Origin: Minisyncoccota bacterium | Lineage (GTDB): Bacteria > Patescibacteriota > Minisyncoccia > Phycocordibacterales > JABAAK01 | Assembly: GCA_965204115.1 (NCBI GenBank) | Contig: OZ241963.1 | Location: forward strand, 187,475-231,292 | Direction of reading: 5' to 3' | DNA: 43,818 nt | Part shown: piece after piece, positions 41,023-43,818 of the stretch | How the letters are laid out: the number at the start of each line of letters is the position of its first letter | Position numbering within the stretch: the stretch's first letter is position 1 | Notes under the pieces: generated by a model | Databases searched by the model: none | What the model was told of the DNA's origin: nothing | The model's input: only the letters and a program-made list of their open reading frames with translations | Position numbers and translations under genes: made by a program

Positions 41023-41370
41023 ATGGTTCGTATAAAACGAGGTACAATTTCCCTTAAAAGCCGAAAAACCCTGCTCAGAAAGGTGAAGGGGTATCGTTGG
41101 GGTCGCTCCACGAAAGAGCGGCAGGCCCGGGAAGCATGGCTGCATGCCGGCAACCACGCGTTCGCGCACCGCCGAAAGAAAAAAGGTGATTTTCGCCGAC
41201 TCTGGAATATCCGCATCAGCGCGGCACTTAAACCGCACAACCTCTCGTACAGCGCATTTATGGGTATGCTCAAGAAGAAAGACATCGCACTCAACCGAAA
41301 AATGCTTTCGGAAATCGCGCTGCAGAAAAAAGAGTCCTTTGACCGTATCGTTGAATCGGTTAAGTCGTAG
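41023..41370 (+). CDS. rplT: 50S ribosomal protein L20
   Basis: MVRIKRGTISLKSRKTLLRKVKGYRWGRS...HAFAHRRKKKGDFRRLWNIRISAA. Confidence 0.95.
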   Translation: MVRIKRGTISLKSRKTLLRKVKGYRWGRSTKERQAREAWLHAGNHAFAHRRKKKGDFRRLWNIRISAALKPHNLSYSAFMGMLKKKDIALNRKMLSEIALQKKESFDRIVESVKS

Positions 41371-41779
41371 AAATGGTGTTGGTATTGTCCGCGTCTCCTT
41401 TACAGAGCAGCAATGCCGCATAGGCGCCCCCTAAGCCGACCAGTACATCTTTTGTTGTGCTGACACTGTGCCACAACTCTTCTGTCGGCATGTTTACAAA
41501 AAGTATTTCAAACACCTCCCACCCGATGATGAAGACCAGCACCGTGCCGAGCGATAGCACGGTGGCTTGTTTTTTGTTTCTGTATACCAACGCCGTGAGT
41601 AAGCCCAGTGAAAATCCGCCCAGCAGATGCGTAATCACATCGAACCACGGGTAAGTCCAGTACCAGCTATGCTCCGTGCCGATACTGTGCAACACCACCG
41701 TGAGCGATGCGGTGAACATCGTGAAAAGTAGCACCTGCATACGGTTCGTGTACTTGTTGTTACTCAGCAACATTGTCAA
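41360..41779 (-). CDS. hypothetical four-TM membrane protein
   Basis: 139-aa hydrophobic ORF that overlaps the ndk 3' end by 20 nt (operon). Confidence 0.55.
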   Translation of the reverse strand: MTMLLSNNKYTNRMQVLLFTMFTASLTVVLHSIGTEHSWYWTYPWFDVITHLLGGFSLGLLTALVYRNKKQATVLSLGTVLVFIIGWEVFEILFVNMPTEELWHSVSTTKDVLVGLGGAYAALLLCKGDADNTNTISTT

Positions 41780-42362
41780 AATTTATATCGTATAATATGC
41801 GCTCGTGCGCCGTCTCATAGGTGAGCAAATCTTCCTGACGAAACCACAGCGCGATTTCTTTTTCTGCCTCTTCTGTGTCTGAAGAAGCATGCACCACATT
41901 ACGAATCGCTCGCTTGGCGCTGTTTGCCAGTTCATACGAGTCAAGGACAAAATCTCCGCGGATCGTGCCGACATCAGATGAAAACGGTTCTGTGCCGCCC
42001 ACCAACTTCCGCGTGAGCTGCACCGCATGCACCCCTTCCAGCACCATCGGCACCACCGGTCCGGCAGTCATAAATCGTATCAACTGCTTCAGGATCCGCT
42101 CACCGACCGCTATCGCGGCACTTTCGTCAATTTCCCCGCTATGCTCTTCCCTGCTTTGCAAGGTCTTTTCACCCACCTTCCGTTTCCAGTCCGGATCCAG
42201 TGAGTAGTGCTTCTCGGTAGTAGCGGCGTCTGTCTGTAGCATCTTCATCGCCACGATTTTCAGACCGACCCGTTCAAACCGCTGAATAATTTCCCCTATT
42301 AACACCCGCTGTACTCCGTCCGGCTTAATGATAACCAGCGTCCGCTCCAGATATTCTTTCAT
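41760..42362 (-). CDS. ndk: nucleoside diphosphate kinase (long variant with internal insertion)
   Basis: ERTLVIIKPDGVQRVLIGEIIQRFERVGLKIVAMKM, TIRGDF and NVVHASSDTEEAEKEIALWF. Confidence 0.9.
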   Translation of the reverse strand: MKEYLERTLVIIKPDGVQRVLIGEIIQRFERVGLKIVAMKMLQTDAATTEKHYSLDPDWKRKVGEKTLQSREEHSGEIDESAAIAVGERILKQLIRFMTAGPVVPMVLEGVHAVQLTRKLVGGTEPFSSDVGTIRGDFVLDSYELANSAKRAIRNVVHASSDTEEAEKEIALWFRQEDLLTYETAHERILYDINFDNVAE

Positions 42363-42508
42363 ACGCTATTAAGTATACTGCATAAAAGTTTTTCAAGCCA
42401 GTTAGGCGCGCTTTGTTTGTGCATAAAAAAACAAAACAGGGGTAGATAAAAATAGTTTGCTTTCTATCTTTACCTACCCCTGCTTGTTATAAACAAAAGG
42501 GAATGTTC

Positions 42509-42757
42509 TTACCTACGGCGACGGCGCCTTGTCGTCTTTTTCTTGGCCGTCTTTTTTGCGGACCGCTTTTTTGTGCTTCGTCGCTTCTTCGTTGTCTTCT
42601 TCTCCATCATTTTCTTCTTAGAAGATGACCTTCTCTTTGTGCTTCGTCGCTTTTTTGTCGTCTTTTTTGTCGTCTTCTTAGAAGCAGATTTTCTTCTTCG
42701 CTTCATTGGCTTCTTCTCGGCGGACTTCTTTGTGGTTTTTCGTCGTTTTCGTTTCAT
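42509..42757 (-). CDS. extremely basic K/R/T-rich repeat protein (histone-H1/Hc-like nucleoid protein candidate)
   Basis: 82 aa containing two copies of KKTTKKRRSTK(R/K)RS and an R6 C-terminal tail. The antisense F-rich ORF is judged spurious. Confidence 0.5.
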   Translation of the reverse strand: MKRKRRKTTKKSAEKKPMKRRRKSASKKTTKKTTKKRRSTKRRSSSKKKMMEKKTTKKRRSTKKRSAKKTAKKKTTRRRRRR

Positions 42758-42903
42758 GAAATGAAATTTACATTGATAATTGACCGCTTTTTGCAGGTCT
42801 ACTTACATTATGGTAACCATATACACTTTTTTATCATTGCGTATCACAATGTGTGGAAAACTTTTTTATCTTGTTTTTAAAATTTTTTCATCTTTTTCAA
42901 CAC

Positions 42904-43752
42904 TTACTCGTGGTGGTGCAAGCGTCTTTCTCTTTCACGCCGCGCGAAAATAATCGGCACCGACGCGATTGTTATCACGCCAATAAGCAGCGCTATCCAC
43001 ACAATGATCATTTGCAGGTCAGTTTCGGATTGCTCTTCCCCCTGAACGATGTGTGTGTCCGTCACAAAAACACCTGCATTTGGTTTGTTTGTATGTTGTT
43101 TTTGTGTGGTGTCAGTAGCGGTTTCTTCATCGGTGGTGTCCTGCTCCGTTTCTGTGTCACTTTCTTCCACCTCCTGCGATGCTTCTGCTATCGGCTCACT
43201 CTCTTCCGCCTCTTCTTCTCCCTCCTGTGTCAGATTCTCCGGTGCCGGAGGATCGGCAGCTGCCGTCTCCCCTCTGAACTGCCCACCACCGGCGGTTACA
43301 AAGAATATATCCTGCCCCGCAGGAGCGGCAAACGGCACCACAATGCTGTTTTGCTTCGGTACGAGTGACTTCGGCGGGAAGGTAAATGACCTGCCCGGCG
43401 ATTCAATGCGCCAACCTGACACATCCAGTATGGACGGGTGGCGATTGTGCAGCCGTACAAATGCGTCGTCAACCCGTTCAATATCAACCTGCGGGAAGAG
43501 CACCTGCACCTCTTTCTGTAGCACGATACCCTCAGACCCGTCTCTCAGTAATTCCTGGAACACGATGATGTAGGCACCTGCGTGCAAGTATGCATGATCC
43601 ACCGTGGTGCCCTGCACATGGTCGCCATCTCCGAAATTCCACAGCCCGCGCAGCACGGTCTCCTCCCCATCCTCCTGCCGCACCGCCGAAAACTTTGTTG
43701 TGGATGCGACAAACACAACAGGCGGATCAGCCACGAGCGTGTGCGTCGTCAC
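42904..43752 (-). CDS. surface protein with PKD-like and lamin-tail-like (LTD) domains and C-terminal TM anchor
   Basis: WNFGDGDHVQGTTVDHAYLHAGAY (PKD signature) and VERVDDAFVRLHNRHPSILDVSGWRIES (LTD-like). An acidic linker follows, then the TM helix IIVWIALLIGVITIASVPIIF. Confidence 0.6.
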   Translation of the reverse strand: MTTHTLVADPPVVFVASTTKFSAVRQEDGEETVLRGLWNFGDGDHVQGTTVDHAYLHAGAYIIVFQELLRDGSEGIVLQKEVQVLFPQVDIERVDDAFVRLHNRHPSILDVSGWRIESPGRSFTFPPKSLVPKQNSIVVPFAAPAGQDIFFVTAGGGQFRGETAAADPPAPENLTQEGEEEAEESEPIAEASQEVEESDTETEQDTTDEETATDTTQKQHTNKPNAGVFVTDTHIVQGEEQSETDLQMIIVWIALLIGVITIASVPIIFARRERERRLHHHE

Positions 43753-43818
43753 TTTCTTTGAACGAAGCGTGGGGCTCGTGTCTCGTGTGCCTGATGGCTG
43801 TCGTGTGGTAGCTTTCCG

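Noticed and set aside
42543-42764. 73-aa Phe-rich plus-strand ORF.
   Set aside because: It is the mirror image of the K/R-rich repeat gene, since poly-AAG/AAA read antisense gives F/L. The basic protein is the more plausible product, although neither is proven.
1-43818. CRISPR arrays, rRNA genes, transposases/IS elements and integrases.
   Set aside because: I saw no regularly spaced short direct repeats, no rRNA-like conserved stretches, and no DDE or tyrosine/serine recombinase motifs in any frame of the ORF track.

Overview
This is a bacterial chromosomal window with a GC-rich housekeeping backbone. Backbone genes are ftsW/rodA-like, hdc, uvrB, an FKBP isomerase, rnhB, dnaE, msrA, rel, parB, pyrG, miaA, htpX, lemA, secE-nusG-rplK, infC-rpmI-rplT, adk and ndk. 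There are nine intact tRNA genes plus one truncated tRNA-Leu copy. The short genes, scattered tRNAs and short Rel suggest a reduced-genome uncultivated lineage, possibly CPR/Patescibacteria-like; this is a low-confidence inference. The backbone is interrupted by visibly AT-rich accessory segments, and no integrase, transposase or CRISPR array is detectable anywhere. (1) A composite island at about 6.5-13.1 kb lies between tRNA-Glu and a MutY-like glycosylase gene whose 3' end is duplicated. It carries a four-gene operon of three paralogous small winged-helix proteins plus a HEPN-like/winged-helix protein. It also carries a DpnI-family methyl-directed endonuclease coupled to a tiny acidic ORF, and an orphan reverse transcriptase preceded by a roughly 450-nt GC-rich structured non-coding leader with a tRNA-like T-arm. 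(2) A beta-class m6A/m4C methyltransferase plus PD-(D/E)xK nuclease cassette overlaps the dnaE start. (3) An operon of a nuclease-like ORF, a D12-class adenine methyltransferase and a membrane protein lies between tRNA-Phe and tRNA-Arg. The RT-plus-leader module and the four-gene wHTH/HEPN operon are the best candidates for an undescribed (defence-type) system. Smaller oddities include a type-I-toxin-like 28-aa ORF with two sRNA-like repeat units and a G13 tract in a promoter spacer. Others are a G7-tract frameshift splitting a gene, and recurrent TATACT boxes 7 nt ahead of start codons (leaderless pattern). Structured intergenic regions include a possible SRP RNA. All calls come from reading the sequence; no database search was run.
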